A stretch of DNA of 64,000 nt from positions 160,001 to 224,000 of the forward strand of contig CAWDXG010000001.1 of the NCBI GenBank assembly GCA_963806225.1, read 5' to 3'. Within the stretch, counting starts at the first letter, position 1. Each line of letters begins with the position of its first letter. The position numbers and the translations under genes are program-made. Shown here in pieces: positions 9,950-20,480 of this stretch. This DNA is from an uncultured delta proteobacterium. GTDB lineage: Bacteria > Myxococcota_A > Polyangia > Polyangiales > Polyangiaceae. The notes beneath the pieces were generated by a model. It did no database searches. It was not told the origin of the DNA and worked only from the letters and a program-made list of their open reading frames with translations.

Positions 9950-10519
9950 GTGCCTGGGCCAGCCGACCTGGTGATCCGGCTCGCGCGACGCGACGAGCAC
10001 GACCTCGTACACCGCATGATGCTGGACGGATTTGCCCCGACCCGCGCCTTCGACCTCCCTTCCAGCGCCCTGTCGGAGACGCGAGCCGATCTCGACCGCG
10101 CGGTGGCTGGAGGCGCTGCGCTGCTCGCCTTCTGCGCAGGACGGCCGGTGGCCAGCGCGCGGCTGGCACCGAGTTGGAGCTCCCGGCCCGCGTTCGACGT
10201 CGCTTTCGCTTTCGAGCGCGCGGCCGGTGGCGGGCGTGTGCCAGGGTCACCGGGCGGTGCGCTGCACGTCTCGCGCATGAGCGTGCTGCCGGCGATGTGG
10301 AACCGGGGCATCGGAGCCGCCCTGCTGGCCTGGATCGAGGGTTTCGCCGGGCGGCTGGGTCTCGACGCCGTCGAGCTGAACGTCCGGTCACAGCAGCCCG
10401 ACAACCGGCCCTACTACCAGCGCCAGGGCTATCGCATCACCGGCTACAGCGAACGCTACGGCATCGCGGACATGTCCACCCACATGCGGAAGGAGCTCCA
10501 GGGGGACCCGTCGTCGTAG
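9950..10519 (+). CDS. GNAT family N-acetyltransferase
   Basis: MSVLPAMWNRGIGAALL acetyl-CoA motif A; YYQRQGY. Confidence 0.85.
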   Translation: MPGPADLVIRLARRDEHDLVHRMMLDGFAPTRAFDLPSSALSETRADLDRAVAGGAALLAFCAGRPVASARLAPSWSSRPAFDVAFAFERAAGGGRVPGSPGGALHVSRMSVLPAMWNRGIGAALLAWIEGFAGRLGLDAVELNVRSQQPDNRPYYQRQGYRITGYSERYGIADMSTHMRKELQGDPSS

Positions 10520-10567
10520 TCGACAGTGCTGTCGAAATCAGCTGGCTGAGCGCAACGGGTTCGGCTC

Positions 10568-10612
10568 TTGACAGTTTCGTGAATGCAGTTCACATTTGCG
10601 AATGTGATTCAT
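10568..10612 (+). promoter_or_regulatory. Sigma70 promoter overlapped by tandem palindromic operators
   Basis: TTGACA(10568)-17 nt-CACATT(10591); inverted repeats GTGAAtgcagTTCAC (10579-10593) and gcGAATgtgATTCat (10598-10612). Confidence 0.7.
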
Positions 10613-11335
10613 GAACCGGTCGCCAGAGTCGACCGCCGGACCCAGCGGCGGCACGCGCGCACGGAGCAGGTGCTCGACGCGGCGATGAAGATCGTCGGCG
10701 CGGACGGCCTGGACGGTCTCACGCTTCACCGGCTGGCGGCGGATCTCGGGTACGTCCCGGCTGCGCTGTATCGCTACTTCGACTCGAAGGATGCGCTACT
10801 CGCCGCGCTCCAGCGCCGCACCATTGAAGAGCTCCACGAACGTTTTCGGCGCGAGCAGTCGACGCTGGGCGACCGGCTTCCGGCGCCCGGCCCAGGTCCC
10901 GGCGAGCGAGCCCTGTTGTCGCTTCTCGCAGCTGCCGACTTCTACCTGCGCCTGCCCGGGCGCCTGCCCGAACACTTCCGGTTGGTAAGCTCGATGCTGG
11001 GCGATCCGCGTGCTTTGATCGAGCACGGCACGGCGCTGGTCAATGCACAGGCCCTGCTCGGCTTCCTCGGCGACGTACGTGAGCTGTTCGAGCAGGCTGC
11101 CACGGCGGGCGCGCTCGCACCGGGTCGCACGTTCGATCGCACGCTCGCCTACTGGTCCGCGCTGCACGGAGTGGCCACGCTCGACAAGCTGGTTCGCTTC
11201 GATGCGGCCACTTTCAACGTGCAGCGCCTCGGCGCGCTCACAGCCAGGGCTCTGCTCGCCGGCTGGGGTGCGGATCCCGGCTCGCTCGATGCTGCCGGGC
11301 GCGCTCTCTCCCACGCAGCACCGCCTGCAGATTGA
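10604..11335 (+). CDS. TetR/AcrR family transcriptional regulator
   Basis: N-terminal HTH GLDGLTLHRLAADLGYVPAALYRYFDSKDAL; start GTG 10604 (alternative ATG 10583). Confidence 0.9.
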   Translation: MIHEPVARVDRRTQRRHARTEQVLDAAMKIVGADGLDGLTLHRLAADLGYVPAALYRYFDSKDALLAALQRRTIEELHERFRREQSTLGDRLPAPGPGPGERALLSLLAAADFYLRLPGRLPEHFRLVSSMLGDPRALIEHGTALVNAQALLGFLGDVRELFEQAATAGALAPGRTFDRTLAYWSALHGVATLDKLVRFDAATFNVQRLGALTARALLAGWGADPGSLDAAGRALSHAAPPAD

Positions 11336-11384
11336 AACCCATGGGCTCGGGTTTTCCAGGGCTCACCGACCACCGGAGGACAAG

Positions 11385-12023
11385 TTGAAGCTCATCTCAC
11401 CGATTGCATTCGGCGCTGGAGTCATGACCTGGAGCCTTGCCGAATATGTTCTCCACCGGTTTGCCGGGCACGCTCCGCGTCCGCGCAGAAGCGAAGTGCC
11501 CGAGAAGAAGGGCTGGGCCGCGAAGCTCTCGCCCATGCAGGGCGACTTCGGGGCCGAGCACCAGGCGCACCATACCGACACGCGCTACTTCACGCCCACG
11601 CACCGCAAGGTGCTCGCAGCGAGCATCGCCCTCGGTACGGGCGCCACGGTCGGGGCGCTCCTGGTGGGGCCGCGCCGTGCGCTGTCGTTCGTCCTCGGAT
11701 TCGGCGCGATGTACACGGCATACGAGGTCGAGCATCGGCGCACCCACACGCACGCGCCGCGCGGAGCCTACACGCGCTGGACCCGGCGTCATCACCTATA
11801 CCACCACTTCGGGAATCCGAAGATGAACCATGGGGTCACGAGCCCGATCTGGGATCGGGTCTTCGGGACCTACGTGGAACCCGGTGTGATCCGCGTGCCG
11901 GTCCGGCATGCTCCGCTGTGGTTGCTGGACGAGAGCGGCGAGGTACGCGCCCCATACCGCGGCGAGTACGAGCTCGCTGGAGTGCCGCGCGCCGAGGACC
12001 GAGCGCCCGCGGCGGCCGGCTGA
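11385..12023 (+). CDS. Sterol desaturase / fatty acid hydroxylase family protein
   Basis: His boxes HRFAGH, HQAHH, HRRTH, HHLYHH; NHGVTSPIWDRVFGT; GGAGG SD before TTG. Confidence 0.9.
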   Translation: MKLISPIAFGAGVMTWSLAEYVLHRFAGHAPRPRRSEVPEKKGWAAKLSPMQGDFGAEHQAHHTDTRYFTPTHRKVLAASIALGTGATVGALLVGPRRALSFVLGFGAMYTAYEVEHRRTHTHAPRGAYTRWTRRHHLYHHFGNPKMNHGVTSPIWDRVFGTYVEPGVIRVPVRHAPLWLLDESGEVRAPYRGEYELAGVPRAEDRAPAAAG

Positions 12024-12112
12024 AGTCACCGGCGCGCCATCGCCCGATGCGCTTGTCAGGTGTCCGGACGCATCACTGGCCGCCAGCGCGCGGGTCGGAT
12101 ACAGATTGACCG

Positions 12113-14596
12113 ATGGTCGAGCACAGCGTCGTCCGGTGGGGTCGACGCGCGACGGGCCCAGTGCCAGCGTCCGGGGATTTACCGACCCGGCACGAGCTAG
12201 GTCTGCGCGTCGTGTTGCTGCGTGCGCTCGCTGTGGCTGTCGTCTACGGTTTGGCGGCACGGCTGGGGCTCGAGTTCCCGTACGCGCAGCACAGCGCGAG
12301 CCTTGTGTGGCCGGCCAGTGGGGTGGCGCTGGCCGCCGTGTTGCTCTGGGGGCCCTGGATGGCCTTCGGCATCGTCGTGGGCGCCGCCGTCTCGTCGGTC
12401 TCCGTGGGAATCTCGCTGCCGCTCGCGCTCTGGTACGGCGTTGGCAACACGTCCGGTCCGCTGCTCGGGGCCTGGCTGCTGCAACGCGTGGGTCGGGTGC
12501 ACCTGCAACTCGACCGCCAGCGGGACGTGCTCGGCTTCGTGCTGCTCGGCGTCTTCGTCGGCACGCTGCCGGGACCCTGCGCCGGTGTGAGCGGGCTCGT
12601 GCTTCTCGACGCGCTGCCGCACGCCCAGATCGGTGGCGCGTGGTTCTCGTGGTGGCTCGGAGACGCCGCCGGCGTGCTCGTGGTCACACCGGCGCTGGTG
12701 AGCTGGGTGTCGGGCGAGAGGCGACGGTCCGGCGTGCCGTGGCGACGCAGACTGGAGGTGACCGCCCTGGTCGCCGCTCTGGTCGCCAGTACCCTGGCCG
12801 GATTCGGGGATCATTTCGCCTGGCGCTATCCGGCGTTCCTGCCGTTTCCTTTCCTGATCTGGGGCGCGCTGCGCTTCGGTGTGAAAGGAGCGACCGGCGG
12901 GTCGCTGCTCGTCTCGGGGATGGCGGTCTGGGCCACCGCGCACGGCAGCGGTCCGTTCTCTCGCGGCCAAGTCCACGTCGACCTGGTGCTGCTCTGGGCT
13001 TTCATGGGCACCGTGGCCGTCGTGACCCTGCTCCTGTCAGCGGCGCTAGGCGAACGTGACAGCGCGCAGCGCTCGCTCGAGTTCAGCGAGGAGCGTTTCC
13101 GCAGGGCGTTCGAGGATGCGCCCATGGCGATGGCGATGGCGAGCCCTGGAGGAAGGTTGTCGGAGGGGAACAAGCGCATGCAGTCGCTGCTCGACTATCC
13201 CGAGCACGAGCTCACCAAGCTCACCGTCGACGACATCACGTTTCCGGAAGATCGCGAACGGAGCCGGGCCGCGATGCGCCGTGCACGGGAGGGCGATGCT
13301 CCGCGCTACGGCTTCGAGAAGCGCTTCGTCGCGCGTGATGGCAGCGTCGTGTGGGCGAACATGAGCACCACGCTGCTCCGGGATGCCGAGGGCAAGCCGA
13401 GCGCATTCATCAGCCTGCTGGAGGACATCACAGCGAGGAAGGCCGCCGAGGACGAGCGCGAGCGCCTCCAGCAGCGCCTCGCCCGCTCCCAGCGTCTGGA
13501 GAGCATCGGACAGCTTGCGGGAGGCGTGGCCCACGACTTCAACAATCTTCTGCTTGGAATCCTGCTGTACGTCAACGTCGGTCTCGAGGATGCTGGCGAT
13601 CGCGACAAGGTGCGCGAGTCGTTGTTCGAGATCCGCGCGGCCGCCCGCCGCGCGGCGGAGCTGACACGGCAGCTGCTTGCGTTCGCACGCCGGCAGACGA
13701 TCCAGCCCGTCGCGTTGGATCTCGACGCGCAGATCGCAGGCTTGATGGGCATGCTCCGGCGCATCATCCCCGCCAACATCGAGATCCAACACGCGCACCC
13801 GGAACATCGTTGCTGGGTGATGGCGGACCCCGGGCAGATCGAGCAGGTGATCGTCAATCTGTGCGTGAACGCACGCGACGCGATGCCGTCCGGCGGACTG
13901 CTCCAGATCGAGACGGGAAGCAGCCGGGTCGAACCAGGGCATGCGACGCTTTCGCCAGGCGACTACGCCAGACTCTGCATCTCGGACACCGGCGTCGGCA
14001 TACCCGCGCAGGTGCGCGAACACGTCTTCGAGCCCTTCTTCACCACCAAGGAGCAGGGTACGGGGCTGGGGCTCGCGGTCATCTACGGGATCGTGCGGCA
14101 GCACGGCGGCAGTGTCGACGTGCACAGCCAACCCGGCGAGGGGACTGAGTTCGACATACTGCTGCCCGCCGCCGCGGAACCGCAGGACCAAGCGGCGCAG
14201 GCTCCGCAGCAGAACGCCGAAGGCGGCAGCGAGACGATCCTCGTGGTGGACGACGAGGAGCTGCCGCGTCGGCTGCTGGCTCGCGTGCTACGCAGGGCCG
14301 GGTATTCGGTTGTCGAGGCGTCGGACGGTGTCGAGGGGCTCGAGCTGTTCCAGCAGCACGCGGATCGGATTGCGCTCGTGATCCTCGACCTGATCATGCC
14401 GCGAATGGGCGGGCGACAGGCCTACGCGCGGATGCGCGAGCTCGCCCCGGAAGTGAAGGCGATGCTCACGACGGGTTACGCGGGCGACGCGCCGGGAGGG
14501 ATACCGTCGGGCATCGAGGTGCTGCACAAGCCCTACGAGTCGGACGAGATGCTGCGTCGCGTGCGTCGGCTCCTCGATCGGCCGGCCCCCGCCTAG
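12113..14596 (+). CDS. Hybrid sensor histidine kinase (MASE1-PAS-HisKA-HATPase-REC)
   Basis: WPASG/WWLGD MASE1 motifs, PAS/PAC, AHDFNN H-box, NARDA, DTGVG, FFTTK, GTGLGL, receiver domain. Confidence 0.93.
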   Translation: MVEHSVVRWGRRATGPVPASGDLPTRHELGLRVVLLRALAVAVVYGLAARLGLEFPYAQHSASLVWPASGVALAAVLLWGPWMAFGIVVGAAVSSVSVGISLPLALWYGVGNTSGPLLGAWLLQRVGRVHLQLDRQRDVLGFVLLGVFVGTLPGPCAGVSGLVLLDALPHAQIGGAWFSWWLGDAAGVLVVTPALVSWVSGERRRSGVPWRRRLEVTALVAALVASTLAGFGDHFAWRYPAFLPFPFLIWGALRFGVKGATGGSLLVSGMAVWATAHGSGPFSRGQVHVDLVLLWAFMGTVAVVTLLLSAALGERDSAQRSLEFSEERFRRAFEDAPMAMAMASPGGRLSEGNKRMQSLLDYPEHELTKLTVDDITFPEDRERSRAAMRRAREGDAPRYGFEKRFVARDGSVVWANMSTTLLRDAEGKPSAFISLLEDITARKAAEDERERLQQRLARSQRLESIGQLAGGVAHDFNNLLLGILLYVNVGLEDAGDRDKVRESLFEIRAAARRAAELTRQLLAFARRQTIQPVALDLDAQIAGLMGMLRRIIPANIEIQHAHPEHRCWVMADPGQIEQVIVNLCVNARDAMPSGGLLQIETGSSRVEPGHATLSPGDYARLCISDTGVGIPAQVREHVFEPFFTTKEQGTGLGLAVIYGIVRQHGGSVDVHSQPGEGTEFDILLPAAAEPQDQAAQAPQQNAEGGSETILVVDDEELPRRLLARVLRRAGYSVVEASDGVEGLELFQQHADRIALVILDLIMPRMGGRQAYARMRELAPEVKAMLTTGYAGDAPGGIPSGIEVLHKPYESDEMLRRVRRLLDRPAPA

Positions 14597-14638
14597 TGCG
14601 CGCTCCACGTCGCCGCGCGCCCCCTCGCGTGCCACGAC

Positions 14639-15400
14639 CTACATTCGTCCGGAGACGCCCACGCCGTAGCCGCTGCCCACGCGTGTCGGCATCACGACGA
14701 AGTACTTCGCATCCTCGCGCACGAGCCGGCTGTGGTGGCTGTTGAGTGCCCAGATCAAGAGCACGGCCCCGGCGCTCTGCGCCAGACCATCGAACACCAG
14801 CAAGGTCCGGATGGCCTGGTCGTCGGAGCAGCTGTAGTACGTGTCGTTGTTGGTCGGGCAGGTATCGTGACGCGCCGCTGCGGTAATGAACGGGCCGATC
14901 GCCGGCACCGCCAGCCAACCGCTCTGGTTGTCGAAGTTGAGGCCCGATGCAACGGCCACGCTGATTGCGTACGGCGCGGCGAGCACGACGGCGCCGGCGA
15001 TTGCGGGGCCGCGGTAGATGCTCTGGTCCAGGTAGTAGCCGGGCGGGATGCGTTGCCCTTGGTGATAGGGCAGCACCCGCGCCTTCGGCTGGGGCTTCGC
15101 GGCCGGTGGCGGATAACCAGGGTAGGGATACGGATAGGGTGCGTACGGATATCCGCCATATGGATACTGGTAGCCACCGGCAGGCGGGGGAGGGGGTGCG
15201 GGCGGCGGTGCGCTGTCGGTCGCGGGCGGCGCGGGTGCCGGCGCGGGCGGCGCGGGTGCCGGCGCGGGTGCCGGCGCGGGCGCAGTTCCAGTTGTAGACG
15301 GGGCCGGCGCTGTCTGCGCGGCAGCGACCGGCGCGACGAGTGCGACGGCCAGGCCAGCCCGGAACGAAAGGCGCGAAGCGAGAGGAGTAAGGCGGTACAC
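14639..15400 (-). CDS. Hypothetical secreted Pro/Tyr-rich protein
   Basis: Signal peptide, PAPA linker, GYPY repeats, C-terminal GVGVSGRM beta strand. Confidence 0.65.
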   Translation of the reverse strand: MYRLTPLASRLSFRAGLAVALVAPVAAAQTAPAPSTTGTAPAPAPAPAPAPPAPAPAPPATDSAPPPAPPPPPAGGYQYPYGGYPYAPYPYPYPGYPPPAAKPQPKARVLPYHQGQRIPPGYYLDQSIYRGPAIAGAVVLAAPYAISVAVASGLNFDNQSGWLAVPAIGPFITAAARHDTCPTNNDTYYSCSDDQAIRTLLVFDGLAQSAGAVLLIWALNSHHSRLVREDAKYFVVMPTRVGSGYGVGVSGRM

Positions 15401-15571
15401 CTCGCGGAGCATACAGGCCCGCCATCGGCCGGACAATCAGCCTCGTCCATCGGCGAGATGACCCGGTTATAAAACACACTCCAGCGCGCGATGATTCCCG
15501 CATCCCGGATTTTGATGGGCTGCGAACAGGCCTGTTTTCCTGCTGGATCCGATCGATCATGTAACGCTTGC

Positions 15572-15654
15572 GCGTTAGCAGACTAACGCTCGCCGGCGCG
15601 CCCGCCCACAAGGGCGCCGGATCTCGGCGGCGCCCGGCTTGGCGCGCCTCTTGC
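15572..15654 (+). promoter_or_regulatory. Putative sigma54 promoter with upstream palindrome
   Basis: TGGCGCGcctcTTGC at 15640-15654 (GG-N10-GC); inverted repeat GCGTTAG-caga-CTAACGC at 15572-15589. Confidence 0.6.
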
Positions 15655-15747
15655 GTCGTCACCCGCGTCCGGCCTGTGTGCCTTTTGCCGCGAGCCCGGA
15701 CCCCTTTTTTCATCTCACGCCAACGCGTGCTTGCGGAGAGGTATTCG

Positions 15748-18700
15748 ATGAAGTCGAAGTGGTTGCAGCGGTTCGCACTGGGCGTGTTGCTGATCGTCGG
15801 CGGGATAGTCGGGTGCGCCCAGCAACGGGCGCCCATCAACCGGGTCCAGGCCAACGCGCTCAACAAGCATTTCTTCGTCGGGGCAAAACTCAACGATGAT
15901 ACCGACAATCCCGAGTTCTACTGGCGCAACTACGTAGTCGGTGGAACGGCCAGTCAGTCGCTGATCGGTGTCGGTTCCTGGAGCGGCATCGATCGCATCG
16001 TCTGGCAGATCACCGAGAACGAGCTCATCGCGCGCAAGGCCTACGAGATCTCGAAGGGCGCGGACGGTCACGGCACGCCGCACAAGACCGCCAACGGCGT
16101 GGTGGTGGCTGCCTACAAGATCGAGAGCCACTTCAACGTCAAGCGTGACTACAACCCGCAGACCGGCGAGTCGCTCAACATCATCAACGAGAACACGACC
16201 GACCGCCCCTGGTACGAGCGCGAGTACATGCGCGTGGACTGGTCGAAGAACCTCGTGAACAACCCCATGTGGTTCGACATGTTCTCCGGCAACATCTTCG
16301 GCCACATCGGCATCACGCCGGTTTCCTACTACGTCAGTGATTCGAAGAGCGACGACGCACCGCATTTCGAGACGAAGAACGGCTACTTCGACATCACCAA
16401 CAAGTTCTACGTCGAGCCGGCCACCACGCAGATGTGGGGCCAACAGATCCCCACGTGCGTCATTGTCGGTCTGTTCACGGGCTCGGCCAGCTACGACTGC
16501 AACGCCCAGGAAGCGACGATCCGCAGCTCGTACTGGAAGATCGACCCGAACAACGACTTCGAGCCGCTCGACATCACCAAGGCCACGCTGGACGTGGTCG
16601 GCAATCCGGGTGGCATCGGTGACAGCTTCCAGGCCGGTATCGTCACCCCGGGCCAGCAGGGCTGGTCGCCGGGCTACGGCTACGTCGACAAGCTCTATCA
16701 CCGCTACGCGCACATCCACAACATCTGGCAGCAGAGCCACCAGCGCATCGGGTCGTGCGATACCGACTCGGATTGCACGGCCAAGGGTCTGCCGGCCGGA
16801 TCGATGTGTATGCCCGATCATACCTGTTCGGTCGGCTGCACTTCCAACGCCGACACCAACAGCGACGGCACGGCCGACCAGTGCGCCGCGAAGAACACCG
16901 GCTACAAGGGCAGCAAGGGCGCCCAGTGCGACGTGGCGATGGGACAGTGCACGATCCCGTACCGCGATCGCCAGATCAAGACGGTCAGCTACTGGGTCAA
17001 CAAGGACACGCCTGCCGACCTGCTCGACGCGGTCGACAAGGACAACGCAAAGCTCGATCCGGGCGAGCAGCGCGGCGCCATCGAGGATCTCATCTACTCG
17101 TGGAACCAGCTGATGTCCGATGCGGTCGGCTACGCGCGCGAGGTCGAATGCCGTCGCACCGGAGATGGCGACAAGAACACCTGCCACGACAAGTTCTTCA
17201 AGGGTCACACCCTCAAGGACAAGGTGATGCTCAGCTACGGCGGCTGGCTGATCGACAAGGTGCTCGACCCCACGCCGACGCTGACGCTCTGCCACAACCC
17301 GGTGCGCCCCTACGACGACCACGACGCCTGCGGAGCCACCGGCTCGACGGCGCGGGTGGGGGACGTGCGCAAGAATTTCGTCTTCTACTGGCCTTACGCT
17401 TCGAACGCCCCGTGGGGCGGCATAGCGAACTGGAACGCCGACCCGCTCACGGGCCAGATCATCGGCGGTGCGGCGTGCCTCATGGGCCGCTCGGCGACCT
17501 GGGCGGCTGCCGAGCAGCGCGACATCCTGCAGCTAGCCATGGGTGACCTCTCCGTGTCGGACATCACCAACGGCACACCATCCGAAAACTACGCGCACTA
17601 CCTCAAGGACGGCTACGCGCCGCGCAGCTTCACGCAGGCGCAGATCGACCAACGCCTGCAGTCCATCGACGCAGCCCACGCGACCGAGAGCACGCCGCTG
17701 GGCCAGACGGACAACGAGTCGATGCGCCAGCGCTACATGCAGCTTCTGCAGATGCAGAGCCACACGACGGACGACCCGACGCTGCGCTCGACCGCGGAGC
17801 TCGACTTCGATGCCACGGCGAAGCCGCTGCTAGGCACCAAGTACGAGACCCAGCTCGTCAACGGCCACTGGATGGTCAACGCGCTCGGCGCCAACCCGAA
17901 CACGAACATCGACGACTCGGTGCTGGACATGGCTTCGCCGCTGCGGGGGCTCGACAGCGGACGCCTGGACGAGATGCATGCGCTGATCCAGGACAAGCTC
18001 CGCGATCACGGCATGTGCTTCATGGGCGATGAAGCCCCCATCGCGGGCAGCATCGACATGCAGGGCGTCGCCAAGTACTTCTACGACAAGGACAACAACA
18101 GCGGTCTGTACACCGAGGCAGCTCTGAAGAAGCTGTATCCGGAGCTCGGTGACAATCCCTCGCCCGCGGATGTGATCGAAAAGCGCGGCGAAGCGATGTA
18201 CCACAAGCTGTGGATCGAGTCCGTGAAGGGCATCGGCATCCACGAGATCGGCCACTCGCTCGGCATGTTGCACGAGTTCGCCTCGTCCTGGGATTCGATG
18301 AACTACGATCCGCAGTACTGGCAGCTCAGGACGGACGAGGGCCAGGCAACCCAGCCGTGCACGGCCCCGCGCAAGGCGGGTAGCCCGGACACGTGCATGG
18401 GCCCGCGCTACCTCGACCCGCAGACGCCGGACGAGCAGGGCATGGGCAGCGAGCCGCGCCCCGGCATCGAGTACTTCGGCAGCACCTCGGTCATGGAGTA
18501 CCAGATCGAGCGCTTCGGAGAGACGGTCGGCCTCGGCAGCTACGATCAGCACACGATGAACGCGCTGTACGGCCGCGTTGTCGAGACGCTGGACCCGAAG
18601 GCCGGCAACTACAAGGACATCAACGGCAATTCCGACTCGAACATGGAGCGCTTCGCTCCGATGCTGGAAACGCAGCTCACCGAGCAGGATCGCGTGATCC

Positions 18701-20356
18701 GTCCGCCCGAGACCCTCGCTCCCGGCGTGCAGACGGATGGCTCGTTCGCCACGTCCGTGCACTACACCGAGCTCGAGCGCGAGCTGAACCTCTTCGACCC
18801 TGCGCGGGACTGCCGCAAGGCGACGCCCGAGGAGAAAGCGCAGGGCGAGTGGCGGATCGTGCACGGCAAGGTGTGCCAGCCTGCGCCCAAGGACATCGCG
18901 GCCTGGCAGGACTTCGAGAGCGGGCACGTGACCGCCGATCACTTCCCGGCGAACCTCGCCGACCAGAACCTTGCGCCCTACTGGCGCGTCAAGTCGGACG
19001 AGAAGTACGCGGCGGGGAAGGTGCGCTGGATGTTCCGCTGGGGCACGAGCCACAACGCGTACTTCCACACCAACGACAGCGACGCCGGCGCGGATCCGTA
19101 TGAAGTGACGATGAACACCATCCGGAAGTTCGACATCAACTATCCGTTCACGTACTTCCGGCGCCAGAACCGCGAATACAACTTCTTCCACATCCCGTCG
19201 CGGGTTGCCGACCGCTACTTCGAGCGGATGCGCAGCTACCACTGGCTGGTGGGGACGGACGTGGCCAACTACGGCGCGCTGTTCCCCGACCTGGCGAACA
19301 ACGACAACTGGATGCGCCCCTACGCGATGGCGGAGACCGCGATGTTCAACTTCCTGGAGCGCGCCATCGTCACTCCGCAGCCGGGTACCTATGGCGCGGT
19401 TGCCGACCCGGATCAGCCGGGCGGCTTCTACTACGATCAGGGCGCGACCAACCAGTTCAACAACAAGCAGTTCAAGATCGACGCCGTCGACGGGCGCTAC
19501 GTCGACGAGCAGTACGACAGCACGCCCAGTGGAGGCGGCTCCTGGGACTACCTGCACTGGATGATCCACGCCGGCTTCTCGACGGAGAAGGCGTATGCAG
19601 TCCGCGCGCTCACCGATGGTCGGCCGAATCTCGCCACCATCAGCCGCAGCTACTACCTCGATCCGCGCGGCGTCAGGATCAACTTCCGCAACGACATGCC
19701 GCAGGCGCTCGACCGCTTGGTGGGAGGCCTTCTCTCCCAGGACTGGCAGACGGTGGCCATGGGTGTACCGTCGAGCGCGGCCGGAAATGGTGCGCCCCCG
19801 CCCGGCGCCCCGCCCATTCCCCAGCTGCTCGAATCTCGGAGCCCAGAATCCGACACGCCCCGCCGGGTCGTTGGTGGTGTTCCCGAACATCGGCTACCAG
19901 CAGCAGCTGTACGCGATCGTCTTCACCGAGCTGTTCTCGCGGCTGAACACGGACATGAACCTCACGAACAAGATGCGGCTCTGGCTGGACGGCAGCGTCG
20001 AGCAGGTCACCGTCCCCGATGCCGACCAGATCCGGTTCACGGATCCTGCCAGCGGGTACACCTACATTGCGCGCAGGTACGGCCCGCAGACGATCGACGG
20101 CAAGACGGTCGACAAGGGCATTGCTTCGCGCATGCTCGCGCGTGCGAACCTGATGTTGGCCCAGGCCTACCTCGTGAAGACGGACTCCAGCGGCAAGCCG
20201 CTGCTCGACAAGTACGGGCAGCCGGCGCTGGTGCTGGATTCGAACGGCCAGCCGCAGCAGGCTTCGGCGCAGGATGTCCAGACGCTGACGAACTACGTCG
20301 GGCTGCTGGATGCCACACGTCAGATCGATCACCTGCTGGGCTACGGCCCGCTCTGA
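15748..20356 (+). CDS. Very large zinc-dependent metalloprotease-like lipoprotein (~1530 aa); one frameshift near 19831
   Basis: SD GGAGAGG, lipobox IVGC, HEIGHSLGMLH (HExxHxxGxxH), Met-turn-like SVMEY; coding bias switches to the frame of ORF 19595-20356 at ctc-g-aat. Confidence 0.8.
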
Positions 20357-20387
20357 TCGTCGAGGCGCGGCCCAGGCCGCCGCGTGA

Positions 20388-20415
20388 GGAGGCCCGGCCG
20401 AAGTGCCGGGCCTCC
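20388..20415 (+). terminator. GC-rich hairpin after the metalloprotease gene
   Basis: GGAGGCCCGGC-cgaagt-GCCGGGCCTCC, 11-bp perfect stem; weak U tail. Confidence 0.5.
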
Positions 20416-20480
20416 GGCTCTTGTGGCCACCGATCGGTTCTTGCCGGCCCCGCCGCCACCGACTAGCGTTCGCGCGCAGG

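Noticed and set aside
19820..19845. Programmed frameshift in the giant metalloprotease
   Set aside because: No slippery heptamer; fits the merged-allele artefact (CTC/CTG) seen elsewhere
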